Source: the human T2T-CHM13v2.0 reference genome, Homo sapiens. Taken from it: a stretch of DNA of 64,000 nucleotides. The stretch lies in NCBI RefSeq assembly GCF_009914755.1, contig NC_060928.1. The stretch is one strand, 5' to 3'. Every line of letters starts with the position of its first letter. The stretch's first letter is position 1. The notes below the pieces were generated by a model. That model was not told the DNA's origin, did no database searches, and saw only the letters and a list, made by a program, of their open reading frames with translations. Positions 29,878 through 46,161 of the stretch are shown here, piece after piece. The position numbers were made by a program, and so were the translations under genes.

Positions 29878-30257
29878 GTGTGTAGGGCATGTGGGTGGGC
29901 AGTGGCAGCAGCTGTACACTAAGAGCTGTCACCCACAGCGTGTGGAGGTCCTGCATCAGAGCCAACAGTGAGAATGCAAGCATGTGCTACAGCGGAGTCC
30001 CTTTGAGGAACCTCCTCACTGCCCAGCAAGCAAAGAAAACAAGCAAGTTTCTGGTCACTGAAAGGGGAACCCGAGCTCTGTGATAGTGCCAGTCGAGCTG
30101 GAGGACCTGAAAACAAGAAGAGATGTTAGAAAAAAGGCAGGTGAATGGAGCCTTTAAAGAGCAAGTTGACAACTCCACCCTTCCAATAACAGATATATTG
30201 TCACCTGTTCAGCTTCAGTTTTAGTGAGGTGGAGAGGCTGGATGTGGAGATGGAGAT

Positions 30258-31000
<743 letters not shown>

Positions 31001-31747
31001 AATCATTCCTGCTTTCTGAGAGCACCCCATCCATAGCAACCTCCTGCTTCCTTAGACCTTCCCCTAAATTACTCAACCAAAGTCCAAATCCTATAATAGG
31101 CTCTTTCTAACACCCCCTTACTGAGACCCCCATAGTTCCATATGGTGTCTATCCTCCCTTGCTACAATGAGTGATAAACTCAACTTATTCAACTACAGGT
31201 GCATTCCTGTGATCTTTGGCTGAAGGGTAATGATGCAAGAGATATATGTCCCCCTCCCTTCTACACTACTTCAGCTCAATATTCCCCCAGCCCACAGGAC
31301 ACTCCCAAACCCTTTGCCGATGGGTCCTTGTACCTGGCGAGCACCCTTCTTGGTGGAGTATCTCTAAGACTACTCAGTCTGGCAAGTTTCTTGATATCTG
31401 TGGGAAACCCGTGGTGCTGTGCAGCCTGCCCCTGTGAAGTCCCTCTATGTCCAGCCAGTACAGGGCCAGAAGCCAGCCTGCCTATTCAGGAGACATCTAA
31501 TTGGACAACGGAATGCTTGTCTCTTTTTCTTGCAAACATCACAGACCTCTTGGCTCCGTTATCCTTGTCTTCTTAGGAGTTGGGGGTGGGGCGGTGATTA
31601 AGGGGAGGAGAAACCTGCTTTCTCCAGTAAGCTCTCACCCCAAACCTGTTTATATGTGCCTGTGTGTGTGGGGGGGTGGGGGGATGGTGTGTGGGGCTTG
31701 TGGTGCTTGTGGCAGGGACATGTAGCATTGAGGAGCATTCTGGTTCA

Positions 31748-32050
31748 ATTTTTTTTTTTTTTGAGACAAGGTCTTGCTCTGTCACCTAGGCTAGAGTGCA
31801 GTGGTACAATCATAGCTCACTGCAGCCTCAAATTCCTGGGCCCAAGCGATCCCCCTATTCAGCCTCCTAAATAACTGAGATTACAGGTGCATACCACCAT
31901 ACCTGACTATTAATAATTTTTCTTTGCTTTTGTAGAGACAGAGTCTCATTATATTGCTCAGGCTGGTCTCCAACTCCTGATGTCAAGTAATCCTCCTGCC
32001 TTGGCCCCCCAAAGTGCTGGGATTATAGGCATGAGCCACCACACCTGGCC
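31748..32050 (-). repeat. AluJ-like
   Basis: Dimeric Alu. Confidence 0.88.
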
Positions 32051-32944
32051 CTGGTCCAATTTTTGGTGGCTCTGCTTTAGAATGTGGGGACACGCAGAAC
32101 CTATAGTTTTGGGTTGTAGATCCTAGTGCCATTTTTTAGGCAAAGGAAGAGTTGTTCTATTCAACAGTCTGTTACAATAGTTATCTATCATCTTTATTAT
32201 TTCATTTTTTTCTCCTTTCTCTCCTTCATCGTTATCACCATTAGTAAGTCAGAGATTGTCAGGTGATGGGGTAGGGTGTATCTGATCACCCAAACTCGGA
32301 TAAACAGTGCATGAAAAGGGGCTAAGCCAGTGGAAACCACTTTGGCATGTTCCAGCTGCCACAAGAAGTTCAGCTTAGCTGAAGCAAGGTGAGTATGTGG
32401 AGAAGTGGGAAGAAATGAGTCTGGAGAGAGGGCAGATGACAGATAATGAAGGGCCTTGCACACTGCACCCAGAGCTTTGGACTGCATCTTATAGATGACT
32501 GTGAACTGTTGAGGGGTGCAGGGGAGAGGCAAGGTCAGGTTGTGGTGTTGGAAGGTCATTACAGAAGTAAGAGGGAAATGAATCATAACAGGGACAGACT
32601 TGAAGAAGGAATGCAGTTTCCACAATGCAGGGGCTACAGTCAGCCTATGCTGTTCCTTTATGGTAATTAAAAAAAACCACCTCTACTGGGCAGATGCAGC
32701 ACTGAGGGTTCAAGACTTGGCAAGCAGGTGGTTGCTTTGTGTGAAGAAAAAGGCGTCCCTTTCTCCGATGAAGCAGACCCAGTCCACATGAAGATGCGTG
32801 GCCCAGCAGGTGGAGAACTGAATTATAGTTTTCCTTGCTCCCTGGGCTGGGTGCCCTTGTGCAGTATGCAAATTGCATGCCCCTACCGGGGAGCGTGGCC
32901 TCATGCTAATAGTGTGTCTGGTACAGAATTGGCAATCAATTAAA

Positions 32945-33253
<309 letters not shown>

Positions 33254-35908
33254 GATTAAAAAATTTTAAAAGTAAATGGACCAAAGGGAAAATCAATTGG
33301 CAGCTCCTACTGCCAACTACTACTACCATCCAGGTAGGAATTAGCAAGGGCCTGAAGTCAGTTGTGGCAATGGGAGTCGAAGTAGAGACAGTATCATTTG
33401 TCTATACCTGGACTCTTGTGAGTGAAAGGGAGCACTGTTCATGATTATGCTGGGACAATGGGCATAAATCAAGACTGTCCTGGACAATAGAGACATATTG
33501 TTACCCGAAATAGAGATGAAGAGATGGACAAGAGATCTTAAAGAAGTAGAATATGCAGGTCCTGTAAAGAAACTGACTGGAGGAAAGTCAAGAGAAACCC
33601 CAACATTTCTCCCTTGGGGGACTCGGTGCCAGTCTCTGCCACAGCCAGTTTGTGTTGGGGGAAGAGGATGAGCTTGATTTTGGACTCGTTCTTTACAAAT
33701 CAAGACTGCCTTTTGTGGACAGTTCTGGAGAGGAAGGAGGGGGGCTCCCTAGCGATCATATCACATTGTATCAGAGGCATTGCAGGGCATTTGGCTGAGA
33801 GTAAGCCCTTGAGGTAAAGTCCCTCACTGATAACATCTCACTGTGTAATAAAGGACATAAACTGATTTCTTATCAGTATTCTGCATCTCATCTCTTAAAA
33901 GAGGTACTGCCATGCAGGAAAATAGCTAATTATATAATTGAAAAGGCATTAATAGCCTGTAAAATTCAATATTAGAGACACAGAACTTGAAGGACTCGCT
34001 AGAGGTCATTTAAAGCCAGGTGACTGGATCCATTAGCCCTGATCCTAAGTCATCAGGGGCACAGAAATATCTAAAGAACCCTCAGAAATCATCAAGGAAG
34101 ATTTTTTTTTTTGTGTGGTCAGTCTTGTGTTCTGCTCTGTTATTTAACTGCCTTTCACATCAGGAAGATTTGAGGTCACTGCATAATAGCCAACTTCCAA
34201 ATATACACAGTTGAAAAGAAAATTTAGATTTTAAACTGTGATCCTGACTATATTGCATATATCATGAGAGGCTTTTGAACCCAGAATAGCCTCATTTCCT
34301 GTCTTAAAATTCATTATCTTAACACTTTAACTTTGCATTAACACAGACTTTTACATTTACATTTCCCTGTAAAATAAATTAGAAAACATTTCTTTTTGTG
34401 ACAACAAGTAGAAAAAAATGTCTTTGGGTTATTCCATAATTAGGCTTCATCTTTCTTTTGTTATGGGGAAATGATATGATCATTTGGTGGCAAATGATGC
34501 AGTGCCCCATATTAATCTCCCAGTGGCCCGATTTCATAATTCAACTTGGCAAAGTAGACAAATAAAAAATAAAAATCTCTCCTCATCATCGTAAGAGGCT
34601 CGGGAGAAAGTCAAATCAGGAAAAATAAAATATTTTCAGTGGTTTTTTCAGACTTCACTATGAATAAAACTTTGTGCCCAGGAAGGAGTTTCTTGGGTGT
34701 TTTTGAATGTTTAGGAGGATATTTATCCTGCAAGCATTGATTCCTTTCCTTCTGAACAGATGATCAGCTGGGATGTTAAGATGTTAACAACATTTCTTTC
34801 ATGCATGCTAGTTTGTTTTATTTTGTTTTAGCTTGTTAAGATGTTAGAATAACTACATTCCTTTCACCGATGCTGAAGATTCACCTTTTTAAGAAAGAGT
34901 CACTGATCACATGAATGACATAGATGTTGCTTTATCTGCCTCTGCAGTGCAGCTACCTGGCTGGTGTCAGCCTCTTGGGTGAATAACAGGCGAATTTCAA
35001 TATTGTCAGAGTCTATAGCTGTCAAGCTTCAGATCTAACTTCCTTAATGCTAAGCCACTTCCCTGTGTAGTGTCTTCTCATAACATCATTGCTTATTGGT
35101 AATGCTTGCTTTAAAAGAGAAATGTGGATGTGTCCGAATAGAGGAAATCCTGGAAAACTTTAAGTCCCTCTTCTTTTTGATTCTTGTTGAGTGGCATTCT
35201 CTCAGGCCATTTGAGTATATTCCCATGCCTTATTGAGAAATAGCATTTTTAGGTTTTCCCTGAGGTTCAAAGGTTAAATATTTGTCCTCATGTTACATAA
35301 AATTGGGTCCTGGAAGCCCATGTGACACAGTAGAGATGGTGATTGGCTTGAATGTCAGGGTCTTCAGGAGCAGGGCAGGTTCCCTGTGGCTTTCTTACAG
35401 CAGGGCAAGTGATTTGGGAATGAGATATTCAAGAGACAGGAGGGAAGATACAATTTCAAGAGGAAGGAACAAGTGTCTTTGGGCTGCAGTAAAATCTCTA
35501 GCGTTCTGTGTGTGGTTCCTGGTTTCAGGAAGGAATGGGGCAGGTTAGGGCATAGCTGAGGAGTGTAGTGGGGGCTTGCATGGCCTCAAAGGGTCAGAAG
35601 TAGACCCAACTGAAGGTCCTGTTATCCTGGTAGATCTTCAGTGAGAGGTTTAGGAGGGGCTATGTGGTGGCAATGATGCCTGTGTAGGAAAACCTCCTAC
35701 CTCTTTAGCCATTGAAATGAAGAGATGGACATCCAGAAGTCTAGGAAAATTGGCTTAATGCAAGAAAGCAACACTTTCCAGCTTTATGTGCCTCTCAGAA
35801 CTCATCTTGCTAAATCTTTTTGGGTCACTTGCAAACACAATTGGTAATTCTATACCAATTGTGTTTGCAAGAAGAGGATAATTCGTGACTGAATAAAAGC
35901 TATTCTCA

Positions 35909-36316
<408 letters not shown>

Positions 36317-38021
36317 TCATTGAGTTATCACGCCCTGTTTAATGAGAAGAATGCCAGACTTCTTATAATTCTTCATAAAGCCATTACCAACCTGCCCTCT
36401 GTGTGCCTCACTCGATCCCTGTCTTTGACCTCCTGATGTGCCAAGTTGAATGACTTTCGGTCTCCCAGAATAGCCGTCCTCTTTAGATGTCTCACATGTG
36501 ATTTCTTCTTTCTGGAATTCCCTGGGAAGACAGCTTTTACCTCATCCCAAGCCTCTGTTTTCTTTAGGAATACAGCCTTGCCTCCTCTGCCCACTTCCCT
36601 TCTGGGAGTTGTCTTGCTATTGAGTTCCAGCCAAGTCTAGAATCCTGTCTGACGCCACTCCTCTCTGTGTAGACGTCTGCCCAGTGTCTGCCCCGGAAGT
36701 GCAGCTCCCTCTCTCTGAGCCGCTCTGAGTTTGGTTGCTGTCTTGGACTGCTTTCACTTGTCCCTGTTGTATTCTCCACAAACATGTCCACATGCCAGGC
36801 TGAGCTCTTTCTTCCACTGCTGTAGCGGGCTCGTCCCACAGAGCTTTATTCCTCCCAGTGAGCCCCTCACATCCTAGCTTCAGGCCTTTCCCAGCCCATC
36901 TGGCCACCCACTGCCTTTGCTAAGCCCTTTCTCTTTCCCTGAGGGCTTTTAGGGTAGGAAGAAAAATAAACTCTATGACTGGATTCATTTGGAATTTGGC
37001 TGTCAGAGTCATGTTCTCTTCTTTTGGGTCTATTTAAAAAGCATCCAGCGCCCATGGGAAGCAATAACCCTTCCCAAAGGGCTAAGGCAATCTGCTCCGA
37101 CCCCCGGAGCATCCTTCCTCATCCTTCACATCTCAGAGCAGACATCGGTCTCTGCTGGAAGAGTCTTTCTAACCTTCAGGTCTCACAGAGGTCTCCCATG
37201 CCCCTCACTCAGTGCATTCTCCATTTTAGCTTTACTGCACTGTATATAACCACCAGATCTCAAGGACAATGATAGCTTTAAAAACTGATTTGCCATTGCC
37301 GTATCTCCAGCACTCAGCTCAATAGGTGCATGAGTGAATGAATGAATGAATGATTTCTCTGCACATCTTCCACTGATTAGCTCTCTGTTGCCTAAGACAT
37401 CTCAGTTACCATTCATTCTTCAGACTTTGTTTTTTATTCCTTTCTTCTCTTATTCCAGTTTCTAGCACTTGTTAGCTATATGACCTTGGGTAAGTGACTA
37501 AACCTCTTTGTGCCTCAGTTTTATCTGTAACATGGAGTAATAGTATTACCCATCTCATGAGGTTGTGGGGAGATTGAATGGAGCAGTGCTTGGCACATAA
37601 TAAACCCTCAATAAATATGATGATTGAATTATTTCCTGTGCTTTCCTTGATGTTTTCACAGGATTATTAACCATGATTTTGTTAAAATTGACTAATAGAA
37701 TAGAATAATTACTTGTTGCAACTTCTCTTGCTCTCTTGCTAAATTGAGGAGAATTATATAGTTTTATTTTCCTTTTCCTTTGCTCCTCCACTTGATCCCT
37801 CCCATATTTTTGGAGGGACTCAGGCTTTTGGGTGGGGAGGTGGTGAGTAGTTCCTCCTAGGGCTGAATTACTTTGCAGGTAACACTTGGAATATTAGAGA
37901 TACCTAATGTTGGACTTAAGTTTGAAAGTCTTTCAATAGTTTTATAAGGTCAAAACAAACTTTTTTAAAGCAACCCTACGTGAACACTGATAAAGTTAAA
38001 ATGATGACTGAGAAAAAGTGG

Positions 38022-38471
38022 TGTCAACTTAAATAACAGAGAGATGCCGTCTAAAAGAAATAATATTTACTTGGGAACAGGCATTGCAATAGGAATACAT
38101 GTGCCAATAGGAATACATGTGAACTATGTGTGTATTCAGGAAGGTAAAAGAAGACAATGGCTTTTAAAGGAAAATGAGAGGGTTGCATAGTTGTTTTGAG
38201 ATAATTATCCTGGGTTATAAGGATCAATAACAAGGGTGGTGCCGGTTCAAGGTTGGACAAATCTTCTGGGCAGATGTCCTTGCCGAAGTATTGTTTTTAT
38301 ATAAGATTGTGATGGTCTTTGTGCAAGGTTGTGGTTTTTGCTGAATCTTTAGTGATAGTTCTTGTTATTAGGCGTTTGTGTGTGATAACCTTCTTTTCAT
38401 GGCCTTCCCTGGCTTCTTTTGTTAGGGTTTTTAACACAAGCGTCTCCATTTTGATTCCAACAACTTTCACA
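38022..38471. mobile_element. ERV1-group solo LTR (450 bp)
   Basis: TG...CA termini with 4-bp TSD GTGG (38018-38021 / 38472-38475); internal 18-bp tandem duplication at about 38087-38121. Confidence 0.75.
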
Positions 38472-38722
38472 GTGGAAACTTGTATGTGTAGGGCTGGTCA
38501 TTCCAGCCCAACTTGCAAAGACTTTCAAGCTGGACCTCTGTGCATCCGCTAATGGGGAGTCTGTGGGAGGATAGTACCTCTTGAAGAGTGCAGCCTCCTG
38601 TGTGCCCATGGGGTTCTTCATGAAGAGTTTCATGGTTGCTGCTTCAGAACTACTGAGATTTGGGAATTCTCCTTTCTTGTTCTTTTAAAATAAGCAATAA
38701 GTCAAAGGGGTTTTTGACTGCC

Positions 38723-39000
38723 CTTTTTTTTTTTTCTGGGAGAGAGTCTTGCTATGTCACCCAGGCTGGAGTGCAATGGCACGATCTCAGCTCACTGCAA
38801 CCTCCACCTCCTGGGGTTCAAGCGATTCTCCTGCCTCAGCCTCCTGAGTAGCTGTTTACAGGTGCATGCCACCATGTCTGGCTACTTTTTGTATTTTTAG
38901 TAGAGACGCGGTTTTATCATGTTGGCCAGGCTGGCCTTGGCCAGGAGGCCTTGGCCTCCCAAAGTGCTGGGATTACAGGTGTGAGCCACTGCACCCAGGC
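38723..39000 (-). repeat. AluS with rearranged left arm
   Basis: Dimeric Alu; GGCCTTGGCC duplicated where part of the left arm is missing. Confidence 0.85.
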
Positions 39001-39075
39001 TTGACTGCCTTTTAAATTCTCTATCTCAAAGAATAATAAATAATATTTGAATAGTAACCATACTAGTTTTAGCCC

Positions 39076-39693
39076 TGTGTTGGTTAATTTTATGTGTCAA
39101 CTTGATTGAGCTAAGAGATGCCCAGATAGCTGGTAAAGCTTTATTTCTGGGTGTCTATGGGGCTGTTTCTGGAAGAGATTAGCATTTGAATGAGTAGACT
39201 GAGTACAGAAGATCTTCCTCGCTAATATGGGTAGGCATCATCCAATCCCCTGAGGGATAAAATAGAACAAAGAGGCAGAAGAAAGGCAAATTCTCTTTTT
39301 CTCTGTCTTTGAGCTGGGATATCCATCTGGCCTTTGGACAATGGAGTGCCTAGTTTTTGGGCCTTTGGACTCTGGGACTTAAACTGATTACTGCACCCCC
39401 TTCCCACCTGCTGTCCAACCTCCTCCAGGTTCTCATACCTTCTGCTTCAGTTTTGCCATCAGCTCCCTCCCCTGGTCCTCTGGTCTTTGTACTCTGACTG
39501 CATTACGCCACCAGTTTTTCTGGGTCTCTTGCTTGCAGACAGCATATCATGGGACTTCTTGGCCTCCATAATCACATGAGCCAATTGTCCTAATAAGCCA
39601 ATTGTCCTCTTTATCTCTATCTCTATCTCTGTCTTATCTCCAACTATATCTCTCTTATTGGTTCTATTTCTTTGGCAAACCCTGACTAATCCA
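39076..39693 (+). mobile_element. MLT2 (ERVL) solo LTR
   Basis: TGTG..GGTTAATTTTATGTGTCAACTTGA start, AACCCTGACTAAT end, perfect 5-bp TSD AGCCC. Confidence 0.88.
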
Positions 39694-40258
39694 AGCCCTC
39701 TGATGATGAGACACATTTTTTGTTTTTCAAAAGTAGTTCTGGTCCTTCACTTTAAAGGGCAAAGTGGACCTATGTCCACTTTGGTTCTGCTCACAAACAG
39801 GGGTTGATTCCAAGGGGCTGGAGTAGGGCTGTTTTATCCATCTTTATTATCTTCCATGGAGCAGAAGTGATGGCAGTTATCAATATCCAGTCTGCATTTA
39901 ATCACCCCATTTGAAGCAGGTTTATGGCAAGTCTGCCTTTGCTCTATAGGAACAACAGTAAACAGCTGACTGGCCCAATTTTTTGGAAGATGAGTGTCTC
40001 CTACGAATCTCACAAGCATTGCATGTTCTACCTGTTGCAATATTCGTCTTTTTGGAAAAAGTGCCTGCAGATTTCAATGTAACTTGCTTAATATTCATAG
40101 ATTCTTACTCTCTTCTCTTCCAGGAAAATATTGTTAATTTTAAGGTGAGTATCAGGGAGGTTGTAGGAATTTGATCAAGCAGAACCATGATAAGAAAAGC
40201 CAACAGATGCTTTGGAAATTCCTTATAATTCTGGCCTTAATAATGGAAGGAATGACAG

Positions 40259-41229
<971 letters not shown>

Positions 41230-42588
41230 TATATCTTATCAATGGAATTGTATTCTCTGGCTCAAACAAGATGCCATTCTCCAGGGCACTTATTCCTGGG
41301 GTTCATCTATTGGTTTTGGACTTTGAGGTTTGGTGTCCTCCTTGCACATGGCCCCTCCATCTTCAAAGCCAGCAATGGCATATTCAGTCTTTCTAGTGCT
41401 TCAGATTTCTCTGACGTCCTCTTCTGTTACTACCCAGAGAAAACTTTGCTTCAAAGGGTTCATGTGATTAGAGTAGGCTCACTTGGATTGTTTCCCTTTT
41501 GATTAACTCAAAGTCTAATGGTCAGTAATAATTTAATTATTTTGACAAAATAATGATTTTAAAATAGAATTATTTTAATTTAACCAAAGCACCAAAGCAC
41601 CATTTTTGCTTGGACCACACAAGGGAGAGATAAGAGAAGCAGAAAGCAGCCAACACAACCTTGGCTAGCTTCCAAACCTGTGTCTTTTAGTGTTACAAGT
41701 ACATATAGAATTGCTGCTGTATTCACAGACCAACAATTATCTCATTAAATAACTTCCCAAGCCTTGATTTAGCCATTATGAAAGATGTTTTGATAAAGAA
41801 CATCTGGTGTTGTTTTCAATTAAATATTGCACCACTAAACTTTGATTAAAAACTGATTTAAAATTTTAATAGTCCCTCCTTTAGAAGATGGCAAAATGCA
41901 AAAAAGAAAAATGTCACTCATTTAAATTGTTTTTTTCTCTCCTTTGTTGCTCTATTTTAACTGGATTCCCATTAATGACTGTTTAAAACCCACACAATTT
42001 TGGATGCAGTAAATAGAGATACATAAATAAGATTACCATACCAATACTGCTGTTCTCACTCTTTTACTACTGATACTTCATTTTGTTTTTATGCTTTAAT
42101 TAAATTGAGTATATTTTATGTTTCAGTTTGCTTTAAAACAACGGCAGTGCACATAATTGACACTATTTCATCCCATGATAGAAAGTGCTGAATTGAATTA
42201 AACATACCAGTTCCATTTCCCTTTACATTTAATCTGTGGCAAAACTAAGGCAGAAATAATATGAACTATATTTCTTCTCCAAGTTGCCGTGGTAGGTGAA
42301 AATAACTAACCATCTAATAATTACTAATAAAGGCTGAAATGAAATCTTTACTGTTAGTGTAACTCTTATCTATATAAAAATAGATATTTAGTGGTATAAG
42401 CTAATTTTACTTAGTAATTTTCCCCAAGTGGCATGTAACAAATAATAAACACATAATTGCTATTCCATGTACTCCATATCAAGCATAAATCTTCAAGCAC
42501 AAATTTTAATATATTTTTACTCAGACTATCAGGTTTAGCCTAAGTATTTATAGTAGGGAAATGATATTATGCAATGTTTCTATAGAAT

Positions 42589-42810
42589 AGGGATTGATGA
42601 ACTTTTGTAAAGGGCCAGATAGTAGATATTTTCAACTTTTTGTGGGCCATACTATCTCACAACTACATAACTCAGCTGTTACAATATGAATACAGCCATA
42701 GACGATATGTAAACAAATGAGTATAGCTGTGTTCCATAAAATTTTATTTACAAAAACTGGTGATGGGCCAGGTTTGACCTGTGGGCTGTGGTTTAATAGG
42801 CTGACCCCTA
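42589..42810. mobile_element. MER58A-like hAT element
   Basis: GTAAAGGGCCAGATAGTA..., CAGCCATAGAC..ATGTAAACAAATGAG, CTGACCCCT end. Confidence 0.8.
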
Positions 42811-43182
42811 TTATTGAGGATAATGACCAAGTGCTAGCTAATGTTCACAGCTGAGAAAAATCAATAGGTCAGTTCATGAATTAAGGTCCCGCATATACTT
42901 TTGTTATCGTAGGTATTTTTTTGTTTTTCTTGCAATAGTTTGTCTTAATTTAATCTGTTGATTCCCATGTGGGAATTTCCTCCCCAATCTTGTATTTTAA
43001 AATAGGGACCTATGCTCATCCACATTTCCGCAAGTCTAAATTAAGTCATCATATAATTACCGTGATTAAAATTACCTATCTTCTCTTCTGCAGTGGTTCA
43101 GGCAACAATTGTAACATGTTTATCTTACACAAACTTGGATTAAGTCAGGCCAGACTTTGCAAGCTCTTGGCTTCATACCATT

Positions 43183-43544
43183 TGATATGATTTTTCTCTG
43201 CATCCCCACCCAAATTTCATCTCGAGTTGTGATCCTTGGTGTTGGAGGAGGGGCCTTGTGGGAGGTGATTGGATCATGGGAGTGGATTCCCCCGATGCTG
43301 TTCTTGTGATAGTGAGTTCTCAAGAGCTGATAGTATAAAAGTATGTGGCACTTACCCTTTTGATCTCTCCTACCACCATGTGAAGGTGTTTGCTTCCTCT
43401 TCTGCTATGATTGTAAGTTTCCTGAGGCTCCCAGTCATGCTTCCTGTGAAGCCTGAGGAATTGTGAGTCAATGAAATCTCTTTTCTTTATAAATTACCCA
43501 GTCTTAGGTAGTTCTTTATAGCAGTGTGAAAATGGACTAATACA
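43183..43544 (+). mobile_element. THE1D/MST-like solo LTR
   Basis: TGATATG...CTAATACA termini; TSD CCATT/CCACT. Confidence 0.85.
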
Positions 43545-43549
43545 CCACT

Positions 43550-43812
43550 GCACTCTGTTGCCCAGGCTGGAGTGCAGTGGTGCCATCATCACTCACTGCA
43601 GCCTTGAACTCCTGGGCTGAGGTGATTCTCCCACATCAGCCTCCCAAGTAGCTGCAGCTATGGGTATGCACCATGATGCCTGGCTAATTTTTAAATTTTT
43701 TGTAGAGATGGGGGGGTCTATCTATGTTGCCCAGACTGGTCTTGAACTCCTAGCCTCAAGTGACCTTGGCCTCCCAAAGTGTGAGGATTATGGGTATGAG
43801 CTATGGTGCCAG
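43550..43812 (-). repeat. AluJ-like lacking its tail
   Basis: Alu body directly after the LTR. Confidence 0.8.
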
Positions 43813-43869
43813 CCCCCATTGTATTTTAGATATCATTTTGGTTTTGGGAGGCAAGAGGGTCAAGTACAG

Positions 43870-46161
43870 TGATACGGTTTGGCTGTGTCTCCACCCAAAT
43901 GTCACCTTGAATTGTAATAATCCCCACATGTCAAGGGTGGGGCCAGGTGAAGATCAATGAATCATGGGTGTGGTTTCTCTCATACTGTTCTCATGTTAGT
44001 GAATAAGTCTCATGAGATCTGATGGTTTTATAAATGGGAGTTCCCCTGCACAAGCTCTCTTGCCTGCCACCATCTAAGATGCACCTTTGCTTCTCCCTTA
44101 TCTTCTGCCGTGATTGTGAGGCCTCCTCAGCCATGCTGAACTGTGAATTCATTAAACCTCTTTTCTTCATAAATTACCCAGTCCCAGATATGTCTTTATT
44201 AGCAGCATGAGAACAAACTAATACAGTAATTGGTACTGGTAGAGTGGGGTGCTGCTGTAAAGATACCTGAAAATGTGGAAGTGACTTTGATACTGGGTAA
44301 CAGGCAGAGGTTGGAACAGTTTGGAGGGCTCAGAAGAGGATAGGAAGATGTGGGAAAGTTTTAAACTTCCTAGAGACTTTTGAATGGCTTTGGCCAAAAT
44401 GCTGATAGTGATATGGACAATGAAGTCCAGGTTGAGGTGGTCTCAGATGGAGATGACAAACTGTTGGGAAATGGAACAAAGGTGACTGTTGCCATGTTTT
44501 AACAAAGAGACTGATGGCATTTTGCCCCTGCCCTAGAGATCTGCGGAAATTTGAATTTGAGAGAGATGATTTAGGGTATCTGGCAAATGAAATTTCTAAG
44601 CAGCAAAGTGTTCAAGAGGTGACTTGGGTGCTGTTAAAAGCATTCAGCTTTATGTATTCACAAAGATATGGTTTGGAATTGGAACTTATGTTTAAAAGGG
44701 AAGAAGAGCAGAAAATGTGCAGCCTAATGATGTGGTAGAAAAGAAAAACCCATTTTCTGAGGAGAAATTCAAGCTGGCTCTAGAAATATACGTAAGTAAT
44801 GAGGAGCCAAATGTTAACTGCCAAGACAATGGGGAAAATGTCTACAGGGGATGTCAGAGGTCTTCATGGCATCCCCTCCCATCACAGGTCCAGAGGCTAA
44901 GGAGGAAAAAATGGTTTCCTGGGCTGGGCCCAGTGCCTTGCTGCTTTGTGCAATCTTGGGACTTGGTGCCCTATGTCCCAGCCAGGGCTAAAAGGGGCCA
45001 CCGTAAAGGTCAGGCTGCTGCTTTAGAGGGTACAAGCCCCAAGCTTTGGTGGCTCACACGTGGGGTTGGGCCTGTGGGTGCACAGAAGTCAAGAATTGAG
45101 GTTTGGGAAATACTGCCTGGATTTCAGAGGATGTATGGAAATACCTGAATGTCCAGGCAGAGGTGTGCTGCAGGGGCAAAGCCCTCATTTAGAACCTCTG
45201 CTAGGGCAGTGCAGAAAGGAAATATGGGGTGTGAGCTCCCACACAGAGTCCCCACTGGGGCACTGCCTAGTGGAGCTGTAAGAAGAGGGCCATCATCCTC
45301 CAGATCCCAGAATGGTAGATACATTGACAGTTTGCACTGTGTGCCTGAAAAAGCCACAGACACTCAATGCCAGCCTGCGAAAACAGCCAGGAGCGGGGCT
45401 GTACCCCTCAAAGCCACAGGGTAGAAGCTGCTCAAGACCATGAGAACCCACCTTTTTCATTGGTGTGACCTGGATCTGAGACATGGAGTTCAAAGGAGAT
45501 CATTTTGGAGCTTTAAGATTTAACTGCCCTGCTGGATTTTGGACTTGTATGGGGCCTATAGCCCCTTAATTTTGGCAAATTTCTCCCATTTGGAATGGGT
45601 GCATTTATCCAACGCCTGTACCCCAATTGTATCTAGGAAGTAACTTACTTGCTTTTGATTTTACAGGCTCCTAGGCGGAAGGGACTTGCCTTATCTCAGA
45701 TGAGACTGTGGACTTTTGAGTTAATGCTGAAATGAGTTAAGACTTTGGGGAACTGCTGGGAAGGCATGATTGGTTTTGAAATGTGAGGACATGAGATTTT
45801 GGAGGGGCCAGGGGTGGAATGATGTGGTTTGGCTCTGTGTCCCCCCCAAAATCTTACCTTGAATTGTCAAGAGAAGGGCCAGGTGGAGATAATTGAATCA
45901 TGGGGGTGGTTTCCCTCATACTGTTCTCATGGTAGTGAATACGTTTCATGAGATCTGATGGTTTTATAAATGGGAGTTCCCTTGCACAAGCTCTCTTGCC
46001 TGCTACCATGTAAGATGTGCCTTTGCTTCTCCTTTGTCTTCTGCCATGATTGTGAGGCCTCCCCAGACATGCTGAACTGTGGGTCCAATAAACCTCTTTC
46101 CTTTATAAATTACCATGTCTTGGGTATGTCTTTATTAGCAGCATGAGAACAGACTAATACA
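43870..46161 (+). mobile_element. Full-length THE1 element (LTR 43870-44225, internal 44226-45819, LTR 45820-46161)
   Basis: Two direct LTRs, ~1.6 kb THE1-int, polypurine tract GGAGGGGCCAGGGGTGGAA before the 3' LTR, TSD TACAG/CACAG. Confidence 0.93.

Noticed and set aside
44514-45424. ORFs up to 143 aa in THE1-int
   Set aside because: Frameshifted remnants of the MaLR internal region, not an intact gene.
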